Assembly (NCBI GenBank): GCA_965227515.1
Contig: CBDDFZ010000002.1
Span: forward strand, 1,280,001 to 1,344,000
From: Alphaproteobacteria bacterium
GTDB lineage: Bacteria; Pseudomonadota; Alphaproteobacteria; CALKHQ01
Direction of reading: 5' to 3'
DNA: 64,000 bases
Shown: positions 9,061-19,500 of the stretch, piece after piece
Position numbering within the stretch: the stretch's first letter is position 1
How the letters are laid out: every line of letters begins with the position of its first letter
Translations under genes and position numbers: made by a program
The notes under the pieces: generated by a model
Seen by the model: the letters and a program-made list of their open reading frames with translations, nothing else
What the model was told of the DNA's origin: nothing
Databases searched by the model: none

Positions 9061-9153
9061 GTAGCCCGAATGAACGTGAGCGTAATCCAGGGATTGTTGG
9101 CTTAGAGCGTGTTCAATTCGTCCCCGGGTTTCGCCTCGCTTCACCCGGGCGAC
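9061..9153. repeat. Degenerate GTAG-family REP pair (REPIN-like)
   Basis: GTAGCCCGAATGAA...GGGA, a spacer, then TCCCCGGGTTTCGCCTCGCTTCACCCGGGCGAC. Confidence 0.65.
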
Positions 9154-9158
9154 TGTTC

Positions 9159-11594
9159 TCACCCCCTCAAGACCGTGTTCTCCGGATCGTAGGGGCTTTC
9201 GGCGATAATGCGCGCCGGGCGTAGCTGGTCGAGCACGCGGACGTGGCATGCCGTGCCCTCGGCGGCGTGTTCGGTCTTCATATAGCCCATCAGCAGGCTC
9301 TTGCCGACATAGTGGCCGTAGCCGCCCGCCGTTCCCCGGCCGACCACCTCGCCGTCGATCAGCACCGGCTCGTTGCCGAACGGATCTGCATCGTCGGCGT
9401 CAATCTCGATGGTGACGAATTTGTTGGCGACGCCTTCCTGTTGCTCGCGCACCAGGGCGTCGCGGCCGACGAAACTGCCCTTGTTGAGCCGGATGAAGCG
9501 GTCGAGCCCGGCCTGCAGGGCCGAGTTCTCCTGGTTCAGGTCGGTGCCCCACAGGCGGTAGGACTTCTCCAGCCGCATGGAGTCCATCGAGCGCATGCCG
9601 CAGAGCCCGATGTCGTGGGCGGCACCCGCCTCCATCAGCGCGTCGTAGAGCGCGTTGTGGTACTCGATCGGGTGGTGCAGCTCCCAGCCCAGCGAGCCGA
9701 CGAAGTTCACCCGCATCGCGCGCACGCCGCTGGCCGGCCCCAGCGCCAGTTCCTGCATGGTGAGCCAGGGGAAGGCGGCGTTGGAGACGTCGCGGTCGGC
9801 CAGCTGCGCCAGCACGTCCCGCGCCTTCGGCCCGGCCAGCACGAACACGCCGTACTTCGTCGTCACGTCCTGCAACGAGACCGAGCGGTCGTCGGGCAGG
9901 TGCTTCATCAGATAGTGCAGGTCGTAGTCGTGGGCGGCACCGGCGGAGACCAGCAGGAAGCGCTCCGGCCCCAGCTTGGTGATGGTGAACTCCGAGCGGA
10001 TCGCGCCCGAGGGCCTGAGCGCGTGGCAGAGCCGGATCGCGCCCTCCTTGGCCGGCAGCACGTTGGCGACCAGCCCGTCGAGCCAGTCCCTGGCCCCCGG
10101 TCCCTCCACCTCGAACTTGGAGAAGCCGCCGAACTCCATCAGGCCGACCCGCTCGCGCATGGTGCGCACCTCGTTGCCGACATGGGGGAACCAGTTGGAG
10201 CGGCGGAACGAGTATTCGTCGCGCGGCTCCACACCCTCCGGCGCGAACCAGTTCGGCCGCTCCCAGCCGAAGCGCTGGCCCCATACCGCGCCGGCCGCGC
10301 TCAGCCGGTCATAGCTGGGCGGCGCCTTCGCCGGGCGACGGGCCGGCCGCTCCTCCATCGGGTAGTGGATGATGAAGACGTGCTCGTAGGCCTCCCCGTT
10401 CTTCTCCTTGGCGTAGTTCTTGTTGGCGTAGGCGCCGAAGCGGCGCGGGTCGACGCCGATCATGTCGACCGAGGGCTGGCCCTCCACCATCCATTCCGCG
10501 AGCTGCCAGCCCGCGCCACCGGCCGCGGTCACGCCGAAGCTGTGGCCCTCGCTGAGCCAGAAGTTCTCCAGCCCGAAGGCGGGGCCGACCATCGGGTTGC
10601 CGTCGGGCGTGTAGGAGATCGGGCCGTTGACGATGTCCTTGATGCCGGCGGTCTCGAAGCTCGGCACCCGGCGCATGCAGGCCTCCACATGGGGCAGCAG
10701 CCGGTCGAGGTCGCCGGGGAACAGGTCCTTCTCGAACGTCTCCGGCACGCCGTCGACGAAGCAGGCCGGCGCGCCCTTCTCGTAGGGGCCCAGGATGTAG
10801 CCCATCCGCTCCTCGCGCAGATAGTACTGCGCGTCGCTCTCGCGCAGGATAGGCAGCTCGGCGTTGCCGGCCTCACGGTACTCCTTCAACTCCTGCGCCA
10901 CGTCGGTGACGATGTACTGGTGCTCCACCGGGATTGCCGGGATTTCCAGGCCGACCATGGCGGCGGTCTGGCGCGCATAATTGCCGCTGGCCGAGACGAT
11001 GTGCTCGCAGACGATGTCGCCCTTGGTGGTGGACACCATCCACTCGCCGCTCGGCGTCTGGCTGATGCCGGTGACCGAGGTTTGCTGATAGATTTCCGCG
11101 CCCATCTGGCGCGCGCCCTTGGCCAGCGCCATGGTCACGTCGACCGGGGCGATGTGGCCGTCGGTCGGGTGCCACAGCGCGCCGACCAGCCCCTCGGCGT
11201 TGATCAGCGGCCACAGCTTCTTGATCTCGTCGACGCCGATCAGATGGCACTCGACGCCGATGGTCTCCGCCGTGCACTGGTAGTTGCGGTACTCGTCCAT
11301 CCGGTCGCGATTGGTGGCGAGCCGGAGGTTGCCGGTCTGGTGGAAGCCGACGTCCTGGCCGGTCTCCGCCTCCAGCGTCTTGTAGAGCTCGACCGAGTAC
11401 TGGTGGAGCTGGCCGACCGAATAGCTCATGTTGAACAGCGGCAGCAGGCCGGCGGCATGCCAGGTGGAGCCTGCCGTCAGCTCGGTGCGCTCGCACAGCA
11501 CCACGTCGGTCCAGCCCTTCTTGGCCAAGTGGTAGAGGGCGGACACCCCGACCACGCCGCCACCGATCACCACCACCCGCGCATGGCTTTTCAT
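9159..11594 (-). CDS. FAD-dependent oxidoreductase with GcvT domain (dimethylglycine/sarcosine dehydrogenase family)
   Basis: VVIGGGVVG, TAGSTWHAAG, NGPISYTPDG, GWERPNWF, GWELH and RLEKSYR motifs; 811 aa. Confidence 0.93.
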   Translation of the reverse strand: MKSHARVVVIGGGVVGVSALYHLAKKGWTDVVLCERTELTAGSTWHAAGLLPLFNMSYSVGQLHQYSVELYKTLEAETGQDVGFHQTGNLRLATNRDRMDEYRNYQCTAETIGVECHLIGVDEIKKLWPLINAEGLVGALWHPTDGHIAPVDVTMALAKGARQMGAEIYQQTSVTGISQTPSGEWMVSTTKGDIVCEHIVSASGNYARQTAAMVGLEIPAIPVEHQYIVTDVAQELKEYREAGNAELPILRESDAQYYLREERMGYILGPYEKGAPACFVDGVPETFEKDLFPGDLDRLLPHVEACMRRVPSFETAGIKDIVNGPISYTPDGNPMVGPAFGLENFWLSEGHSFGVTAAGGAGWQLAEWMVEGQPSVDMIGVDPRRFGAYANKNYAKEKNGEAYEHVFIIHYPMEERPARRPAKAPPSYDRLSAAGAVWGQRFGWERPNWFAPEGVEPRDEYSFRRSNWFPHVGNEVRTMRERVGLMEFGGFSKFEVEGPGARDWLDGLVANVLPAKEGAIRLCHALRPSGAIRSEFTITKLGPERFLLVSAGAAHDYDLHYLMKHLPDDRSVSLQDVTTKYGVFVLAGPKARDVLAQLADRDVSNAAFPWLTMQELALGPASGVRAMRVNFVGSLGWELHHPIEYHNALYDALMEAGAAHDIGLCGMRSMDSMRLEKSYRLWGTDLNQENSALQAGLDRFIRLNKGSFVGRDALVREQQEGVANKFVTIEIDADDADPFGNEPVLIDGEVVGRGTAGGYGHYVGKSLLMGYMKTEHAAEGTACHVRVLDQLRPARIIAESPYDPENTVLRG

Positions 11595-11700
11595 CGCCGT
11601 TTCCTTCCCCAGGTCATTTCCGGCCAGTTTGCGATTTAATGGCGGGCGGGGGAACCGTCATGCATGCCCGGCTGCGACACGCGCGTTGCCGCGCGCGACA

Positions 11701-12864
11701 TCATCCCGGCGTGGTTGTTTTCAAGATCGCGTCGGACAGCGGCTCGGCGGCGCCATCGGTGACCAGGTTGGTGCGGCCCAGGGTCATGGCGAGGTCGCGG
11801 TCGTCGTCGAAGATGATGATGTGGATGAAGAACACCATGCCGGGCGCCAGCGTCACCGGGTTGTCGCGGTAGATCATCGGCCGGTCCATCCAGCTCGGCG
11901 GGTAGACCGCGCCCAGGCTGTAGCCGCACGCGGTCATCCGTGCGTGGCGCAGGCCGGCGGCATCCAGCGCGCGGGCGTGGGCGGCATAGACGTCGCCGAC
12001 ACTGCGGCCGGGACATAGCGCGTCCTCGCAGGCCAGCAGGGTGTCACGGGCCACTCTGAACAGATGGGCGGCATCCGCGTTGTCTGGCGCGCCCACTGTG
12101 ACCGTGCGCATCAGGCAGGCATGGTACTGGCGCCAAATACCAGCAAACTCCAGCGTCAGTTGATCGCCGGCTTCCAACACCCGCCGCCCGCTGGCATAGC
12201 GGCATAGACGGGCGCGCGGGCCGGAGCCGATGATGAACGGGTTGCCGGGATAGTCGCCACCGGCGCCGAACACAGCCGTGTGCATGGCGGCCAGCACCTC
12301 GGCCTCGCTGGCGCCGGGTTTCGCGGTGGCGAGGGCCGCCGCCCAGGCATCGTCGGCCAGCGCCGCGGCCTGGCGTACATGGGCGATCTCGGCGGGACTC
12401 TTCACCAGCCGCAACGTGTCGACCAGGTCGGAGGCGTCCTCCAGCATGGCAACCGTGCCGACCGCGGCATCGACCTGGCGGCCGAGTGCTGCCGTCAGCC
12501 CATGGGCCGCATACTCCACGCCCAGCCGCTCGCCGCGCGCGCCCTGTTCCAGCACGATGTCGGCCAGGTCGGCCGCCGGATCGGCATCGGCGCCGTCGGC
12601 CCAGGTGCGAATGTCGCCAATGATCGACGTCATCTCGGCCTGGCGCCGGTCGGGATTGCGGGTCAACAGCACCAGCGCGCCGTCGACGCCGACATAGAGG
12701 CACTGGAAGAAGCAGAAGCCGAAGGTGTCGTAGCCGGTCAGGTAGTACATCGACTCCTGGCGGAACAGCAGCAGTCCGGCCAGCCCGCGCGCAGCGGCGG
12801 CCTTGCGCGAGGCGGCCAGCCGCCGGTCGAACTCGGCGCGCTCGAAGTGCAGGTTCGGGATCAT
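11701..12864 (-). CDS. M24 family Xaa-Pro peptidase-like hydrolase (creatinase/ectoine hydrolase-like)
   Basis: QESMYYLTGYDTFG, RLVKSPAEI, YHACLMRT, CGYSLGA and PGMVFFIH motifs. Confidence 0.85.
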   Translation of the reverse strand: MIPNLHFERAEFDRRLAASRKAAAARGLAGLLLFRQESMYYLTGYDTFGFCFFQCLYVGVDGALVLLTRNPDRRQAEMTSIIGDIRTWADGADADPAADLADIVLEQGARGERLGVEYAAHGLTAALGRQVDAAVGTVAMLEDASDLVDTLRLVKSPAEIAHVRQAAALADDAWAAALATAKPGASEAEVLAAMHTAVFGAGGDYPGNPFIIGSGPRARLCRYASGRRVLEAGDQLTLEFAGIWRQYHACLMRTVTVGAPDNADAAHLFRVARDTLLACEDALCPGRSVGDVYAAHARALDAAGLRHARMTACGYSLGAVYPPSWMDRPMIYRDNPVTLAPGMVFFIHIIIFDDDRDLAMTLGRTNLVTDGAAEPLSDAILKTTTPG

Positions 12865-13670
12865 GTGCTGGAGTTGTGTCGTGCCTTGAAGGCGGCGTCG
12901 CGTGCGGCGCGCTCGTCGAGCAGGCGACGGTAGTAGGCGGCCGTCTCGCCGAACAACTGATCGATCTCCCGGTGATTGGCCGCCACCAGTGCCGCCATCG
13001 CCTCGCCCATGTGGCGGTGTTGGCCGACCCAGGTCTCCGGGTGGGTGAGCAACTGGAACGAACGGCCCCGGTCCAACAGGTCGTGCGGCGTCTCCTGCCG
13101 CCACGCCATCAGGGAATCGGAGATATAGGTCATCGGCGGCGCGGTGAAGCGCGGCGCGTAGGCATCGTTGGCGACGTGGACCCCAATGTCGAAGTCGACA
13201 CCGTCGATCGGTACGTGCTCGGCGGCGGAGTGCACCTGAAAGCCGCTGAGGCCGGCGACCAATTCCAGGTCGACCTTCAGCCGCGCCTCGCCCTCGTCCT
13301 TGTCGACGTAGTGGGCGGCGTAATAGTGCAGCCCGACCTCGTGGCCCTCGTCGGCCAGCCCGCGCACGATGGCGCGGCTGCGCTCCGACAGCAGATTGTA
13401 GAACGGGCAGGCCGGCTGCACGAAATAGGTGGCGGCGACACCTTCCTCCGCTTCCAGCCGGCCAAATATCGCCGCCGACTCCAGATCATGGTCCAGGTCG
13501 TGGCGCAACAACAGCACCGGCGCATCGTCCGTGGGCTCGACGAACTCGCGAAACGTGGCGATCCGGTAGCCGAGCGCCTTGGCGCGGCGCAGGATGGCGC
13601 GATAGCCTTCGAGCGTGAAATAGCGGTCGTCGCCGTGATCGGGGAAGTCGGGAAGCGGAGGCGGCTGCAT
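12861..13670 (-). CDS. Polysaccharide deacetylase-like (NodB-type) protein
   Basis: LLRHDLD, ATYFV, GHEVGLH, YISDS and QLLTHPETW motifs. Confidence 0.7.
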   Translation of the reverse strand: MQPPPLPDFPDHGDDRYFTLEGYRAILRRAKALGYRIATFREFVEPTDDAPVLLLRHDLDHDLESAAIFGRLEAEEGVAATYFVQPACPFYNLLSERSRAIVRGLADEGHEVGLHYYAAHYVDKDEGEARLKVDLELVAGLSGFQVHSAAEHVPIDGVDFDIGVHVANDAYAPRFTAPPMTYISDSLMAWRQETPHDLLDRGRSFQLLTHPETWVGQHRHMGEAMAALVAANHREIDQLFGETAAYYRRLLDERAARDAAFKARHNSST

Positions 13671-13731
13671 CCGCCCAACATACACGGGCCGGCGGCCGGG
13701 CAGAACCGAAGAGGTGCGTTCCGGCGGGGCC

Positions 13732-14769
13732 TCAGCCTGCGGCGGCTTGGCGCTGCTGGCCCACGTCCAGATAGTGTTCCAGGGTCAGGCGCAGGCCGTC
13801 GGCGAACGGCGTGTGCGGCGCGAAGCCCAGCACCTCGCGGGCGTGGGAGATATCCGGCACCCGGTTCCAGCTATCGTCGAACTTCTGGGTGTAGGTGAAA
13901 CTGTCGGAGACGATGGGCAGTGGCGCTGCCAGCAGGCCGACCTCGACCGCCATGGCAACCATGGCCTCGGCCAGGTCGCGCATAGACATCGGGTTGGACG
14001 CGCCCAGGTTGAAGCAGTCGGTGAACGGTCCCTGCTTGCCTGTCGCATAGGCCAGGGACTGGATCATGCCGGCGACAGTGTCCTCGACATAACAGAAGCT
14101 GCGGGTCTGGCTGCCGTCGCCGCTCAGCTTTAGTGGCGCCTTGTTCAGGATGGCGTCGATGAAATGCGGCACCACGCGCTTGGCGTGGGGGTAGTCCATC
14201 GCCGGGCCGTACGTATTGAACACCCGGATGACGATCGACCGCGCCGGCGTGTTGGCGATGACGTTTTCCTCCAGCGCCTTCACGTGGGCATAGACCCAGC
14301 GGTTGACCTGGGGGTGCTCCATCAGCAGATGGTCGTCCTCGCGCATCGGCCGGTCGTAGAGATGGGAATGCGCGGCATAGACGTCGGCCGACGAGCCGAA
14401 CAGCACCACGTGGCTGGCTGTCAGCGCGCGGGCGATGTTGAGCGTGCCTTCCAGATTCTCGACCGTCTCGACCGGGCGCGAGATCGTCTCCTGCACGCCA
14501 ACGACGCTGGCGAAGTGCACCACGGTGGCATGCTCGGCCACCAGGTCCTCGACGAGCTGGCGGTCGAACACCGAGCCTTCGATGCACGTGATGCCCGGGG
14601 TCGCGAGCTGGGGACAGTCGAACGTGCTGTTGGCGCAGCTCAGATCGTCCAGGACGGTGACGTCCAGGCCGCCGTCCTTCAGGGCCTTGGCCAGGTATCG
14701 GCCAATGAAGCCCGCGCCGCCCGTGATCAGCACGGGACCGCGCACTTGCGCCACCGAGTAGACGCTCAT
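13732..14769 (-). CDS. NAD-dependent epimerase/dehydratase (UDP-glucuronate decarboxylase-like)
   Basis: TGGAGFIG, YAHVK (YxxxK), RVFNTYGP, GDGSQTRSFCYVED and RVPDIS motifs. Confidence 0.9.
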   Translation of the reverse strand: MSVYSVAQVRGPVLITGGAGFIGRYLAKALKDGGLDVTVLDDLSCANSTFDCPQLATPGITCIEGSVFDRQLVEDLVAEHATVVHFASVVGVQETISRPVETVENLEGTLNIARALTASHVVLFGSSADVYAAHSHLYDRPMREDDHLLMEHPQVNRWVYAHVKALEENVIANTPARSIVIRVFNTYGPAMDYPHAKRVVPHFIDAILNKAPLKLSGDGSQTRSFCYVEDTVAGMIQSLAYATGKQGPFTDCFNLGASNPMSMRDLAEAMVAMAVEVGLLAAPLPIVSDSFTYTQKFDDSWNRVPDISHAREVLGFAPHTPFADGLRLTLEHYLDVGQQRQAAAG

Positions 14770-14853
14770 TTCGCTCTCCTCTCGGTGCACCTGCCTACGC
14801 CCTGCGCCGGCCGGTCCACCTGCAACGTCCTGCCTTGACAGCGGGCGAGGGCG

Positions 14854-15930
14854 TCAAGCCCGCGCCGCCGACGAAACCATGCCATGCCGGCCCGGGTCAC
14901 GCTCCGACGACAGATCGTCGAGGTCCGCGCTGGCCAGGCTGTCCGGCGAGCGCCGGCGTGCGGCCCAGGCGCGTCGCGCCACCGGCACCAGGTACAAGTA
15001 TCCCGCCAGAAGGTTAAGAAGATAGACCCCCACAACCTGCCACGCGGCGGACCACCGGCCGGGCGCACTTGCGCCGCCTTGTTCCAGCGCGACGACATTG
15101 TGCTTGTCGCCGAACGACAGGCGCTGCGCCTTGCTGAACAGCCGGACCAGGTTCATCGGGTCCAGCGTGAAGGCGATGTCGGCCAGGGGCAGCACCGCGA
15201 TGCGCCACAGCGGGAAGTTCTTCAGCGCGAAGTACATGCGGCTGCGGCCGGTCAGGAGCGGACGCACGCGGCGCGAGTGGCCAGCGAAATGGTGCACGAC
15301 GGGCACATGGCCGACAACGGCGGCCTTCAGCCCGGTCTGGTTCAGGCGGTAGACGAAATCGGTGTCGTCCCAGTGGAACACGCAGCCCTCGTCGAAGCCC
15401 TTCAGCGCCATGAAGGTCTCGCGCCGGACCATCAGGTTGCAGCCTTCCAGCATGTTCGCCGGATGCAACTCATAGGGGGCGAGTTCCATCAGATAGGAGC
15501 CGCGCACCATGCCGTTCAGCAGCAGTGTCAAGGTCTTGGTGCCGATCGGCCGGCCGGTATCGTCGACCACCGCCTCACCGCCGACCGCGCCCAGTTCGGG
15601 ATCGGCCTGCATGATCGCCACCAGCCGGGTCGCCGCGTCCGGATCGATGATCTCGGCATCGTTGTCCATGAACCACAGCATGTCGCCGGTGCTCATCAGC
15701 GCGGCGGCATTGCGGCCGGCGCAGATGCCGTGGTTGCGCGACGCACGGTACAGGCGCACCTCCGGGAACTCCCGGGCGATCATGTCGGGCGCTTCGGTGA
15801 CGCTGCCATTGTCGACGACAACGGTCTCGAGGTTCGGGTAGCGCAACCGGCGGATCGATGCCAGGCAGGCGCGCATTTCCTCGATCCTGTTGTAGGAGAG
15901 GATGATGATGGACAATTTCGGCGTGGTCAT
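14854..15930 (-). CDS. Glycosyltransferase family 2
   Basis: SIIILSYN, VVVDNGS, NHGICAGRN, MDNDA and GFDE..V.HWDD.D motifs. Confidence 0.88.
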   Translation of the reverse strand: MTTPKLSIIILSYNRIEEMRACLASIRRLRYPNLETVVVDNGSVTEAPDMIAREFPEVRLYRASRNHGICAGRNAAALMSTGDMLWFMDNDAEIIDPDAATRLVAIMQADPELGAVGGEAVVDDTGRPIGTKTLTLLLNGMVRGSYLMELAPYELHPANMLEGCNLMVRRETFMALKGFDEGCVFHWDDTDFVYRLNQTGLKAAVVGHVPVVHHFAGHSRRVRPLLTGRSRMYFALKNFPLWRIAVLPLADIAFTLDPMNLVRLFSKAQRLSFGDKHNVVALEQGGASAPGRWSAAWQVVGVYLLNLLAGYLYLVPVARRAWAARRRSPDSLASADLDDLSSERDPGRHGMVSSAARA

Positions 15931-16145
15931 CTCGCCCCGCCTACGTTGACCTCGCCCAACATGACGAAGTGCCTGCACATGCGCTCCGCGCACCCTTCTG
16001 GTGAGCCCGTGGTAACTCTATTCAACTGTTGGGGGCGACCGCCGGTCGGCCAACGACAGGGCAGCCAGCCGCAGCTTGCGACCGTCCTACCCTTGCCCCA
16101 CACCTATAGAAAGGTAGGGTCAAACATTAAAAAAATCAATAATGA

Positions 16146-16571
16146 TCAGCGCACCACAAGTACCGAAACATGCGACTCATTCACAACCCTTGAGCCTGTC
16201 GTGCCAAGTATATAGTGAGACACTTCATCCTTGTTGCTGCTTAGAACTATTAGATCACAAGAAAGGCTACGCGCCTGCTCGACAATTGTCTGGTGAATGT
16301 TTCCCTCGGCCACGTGGGCTTGCCAGGTAACATTCGCGTCCATCGTCTCTGCCAGCAGTTTTTCCAGTCCCTCCTTGGCCGTTGCCAGCATCCGGGCCTT
16401 GTGGTCCGGCGGAAAGAACTGTGCAACCAGGCCAAACCGGAACGCCGGCACAACGGACAGGGCGTGCAGCGTGGCACCGAACGTGCCGCAAAGCTGGCTG
16501 GCCACCGGCAGCGCCTTGACCCAGGACTCGCGGTCGTCGAGGTCAATCGGCACCAGGATGTTCTCGTACAT
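16146..16571 (-). CDS. Universal stress protein (TeaD/UspG-like, TRAP-associated)
   Basis: MYENILVPIDL...CDLIVLSS...LGTTGSRVV..SHVSVLVVR. Confidence 0.9.
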   Translation of the reverse strand: MYENILVPIDLDDRESWVKALPVASQLCGTFGATLHALSVVPAFRFGLVAQFFPPDHKARMLATAKEGLEKLLAETMDANVTWQAHVAEGNIHQTIVEQARSLSCDLIVLSSNKDEVSHYILGTTGSRVVNESHVSVLVVR

Positions 16572-16596
16572 GCCTCGCCCCTTCCTATGCCTATGC

Positions 16597-19500
16597 TTAC
16601 GCCTGGGCCGTCGCGGTACGCAGTTGCTCGCCCCGCCGGCGGCGCTGCACCCAAATCACCAGCGCCAGCAACACGAATGCCGGAATGAAGAACAGCTCCT
16701 TCGGCGGGCGGTCGGCCTCGACCTCCAGGTGGAGAATTTCGAAGCCGCTGTCCAGGCCGGCGGCGAACGCCGGGGTTTCCGGCTGCACGAAGGTCGCCTG
16801 CACCATGTCGCCCATCGCCATGAACTGGGCGCCGGTGGCCGACAGCCGCTCCATGCCGCCGGCGCCGGCCTCGCCAAGCGGCAGCATGGCGGTGATGGTC
16901 ACGAAGTCGCCGTCGATGGTCAGCCCCTCCGCCACCATGCGGATGTCGGCGCCGTCGGGTGCGGCTTCCGCCCGCTCGAACAGCTCGCTGGCCGGGGCCT
17001 GCTCCAGCGGTTCCTGGATCATGTCCATCCAGAAGCCCGGTCTGAGCAGGGTGAATGCGACCAGCAACAGGGCAACCGCCTCCCAGATCTTGTTCTTGGC
17101 CAGGAACCAGCCTTGGGTCGCGGCGGCAAACACGAGCATGGCTATGGTCGAACTGACCACCACCAGGATCAGGTCAATCGTGTCCTCCACCCCGATCATC
17201 AGGAGCTGGGTATTGAAGATGAAGATGAAGGGCAGGGCCGCCGTCCGCAGGGAATAGGCGAACGCCGTGAAGCCGGTGCGGATCGGGTCCGCCCCGGATA
17301 TTGCCGCCGCCGCGAACGAGGCGAGGCCCACCGGTGGCGTTACGTCGGCCATGATGCCGAAGTAGAACACGAACATATGGACCGCGATCAGCGGCACCAC
17401 CAGGCCGTTCTCCGCGCCCAGCGCCACCACCACAGGTGCCATCAGCGAGGAGACGACGATGTAGTTCGCGGTGGTCGGCAGGCCCATGCCCAGGATCAGG
17501 CTCAGCACCGCCACCCACAGCAGCATCAGGATCAGGCTGCCCATTGACAGCACTTCCACGAACTGCGCCATCACCTGGCCGATGCCGGTCAGCGACACTG
17601 TGCCGACGATAATGCCGGCGGTCGCGGTCGCGATGCCGATGCCGATCATGTTGCGCGCACCGGTGACCATGCCCTCCCACAGGTCGCGCATACCTTCGCC
17701 GAAGGCAGCGCCCAGGGCGCCGCTGTTGCGCATGACGGCCAAGAGCGGGCGCTGGGTCACCAGGATCACCAGCATCAGCACCACCGCCCAGAATGCCGAC
17801 AGGCCGGGCGACAGCCGCTCGACCATCAGGCACCAGATCAGCACCACCACCGGCAGCAGGAAGTAGAGTCCGGAACGCACGGTCGGGCCGACCTCGGGCA
17901 GCGCCACGATCTCGGCGTCCGGGTCTTCCATCTTCAAGGGCGGGTTCTTGGACGAGATCCAGAGCAGCCCGACATAGGCCGCGGCGATCAGAACCAGGAT
18001 CGGCAGCATGCCCCAGGCCGTGCCGAACACCTCGTCGATCAGGCCGATCAGCAGGAACAGGCCATAGGCGCCGATCACGATGTTGCAGGCGACGATGGCG
18101 CCGGTGGAAATGAAGTGCAGGCGCTGGTCGGGCGTCGTGCGGCTGCGCACACCGAAGTAGAGCACGACCTGCAGCGCGATCACGGCCAGGATGCCGATCA
18201 GCGCCAACCCGTTGTCGGACAGCCATTCGAATGACAGCCACAGATAATAGAGCGCGCCCGCCACGATGAAGATCGAGGCGACGGTGATGCCGAACGACAG
18301 CAGCGCCCATTTGGCGGCGAGTTGCTTGCCGGGCTTGGGCAGCCCCTGCATGTCGGCCTTCATCGCCTCCAGGTGGACGATGTAGACCAGCGCGATGTAG
18401 CTGATCACCGCCGGCAGGAAGGCGTGCTTGACCACGTCGAAATAGGCGATGCCGACATACTCGGCGATCAGGAACGCGGCCGCGCCCATCACCGGCGGCA
18501 TGATCTGGCCGTTGACCGAGGAGGCGACCTCGACCGCGCCTGCCTTGTCGGCGCGGAAGCCGACCCGTTTCATCAGCGGGATGGTGAAGGTTCCGGTCGT
18601 CACCACGTTGGCGATGGACGAGCCGGAGATCAGGCCGGTCATGCCGCTGGCGACCACGGCGGCCTTGGCCGGGCCGCCACGCAGGTGGCCGAGCAGCGAG
18701 AACGCGACCTGGATGAAGTAGTTGCCGGCGCCCGCCTTCTCCAGCATCGCGCCGAACAGCACGAACAGGAACACCATCTTGGTCGACACGCCGAGGGCGA
18801 CGCCGAACGTGCCCTCCTGGGTCAGCCACTGGTGCTCCATGGTGCGGGCCAGCGACCGTGGCGCGGTCGCAATGACGTCGGGCATGTACTGGCCGAGGAA
18901 GGTGTAGCAGAGGAACACCAGGGCCACGATCATCAGCGGCGGGCCCAGGGTGCGCCTGGTCGCTTCCAGCAGCATGCCCATGCCGACCACGGCGACCACC
19001 ATCGACAGGTCGGACGGCCGGCCGGCGGCGGCGGTGACGCTCTCATAGAACCAGTACAGGTAGCTCGCGCAGAACGCGGCGATGAAGGCGATGAACCAGT
19101 CCGGCCAGGTGATCTTGGTCCGGGTGACCGGGCCGAACATCGGGATTGCCAGCAGCAGCAGCGCCGCCGCGCCGGCCGAGATCGCCACGTGGGCGCGGAT
19201 GCCGCGGTCGTCGATATCCAGGAAGCCCGTCAGGTCGTCGCGCAGGGACGAAATGCCGACCAGGTAGTAGGCGATCAGCGCCAGGCCGACGATGCCGACG
19301 ATCCATTGCGTGCTGCCGCGCATGCCGGGAATGCGCCCGCTGACGATGGGGTTGACGGACAGCAGCGCCAGGAAGCCCAGCAAGCCGGCGATCCACGGCA
19401 GGATGCCGCCGCCAGCCCCGGCCTCGGAGACCATGGTGCCGGCCTGGGCCAGCGCCTCTTCGATCACGGCCGGGTCGGCGGTCTCCTGGATGCCCATGCC

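Noticed and set aside
9243-11639. 798-aa plus-strand ORF
   Set aside because: In-register antisense of the GcvT-type dehydrogenase.
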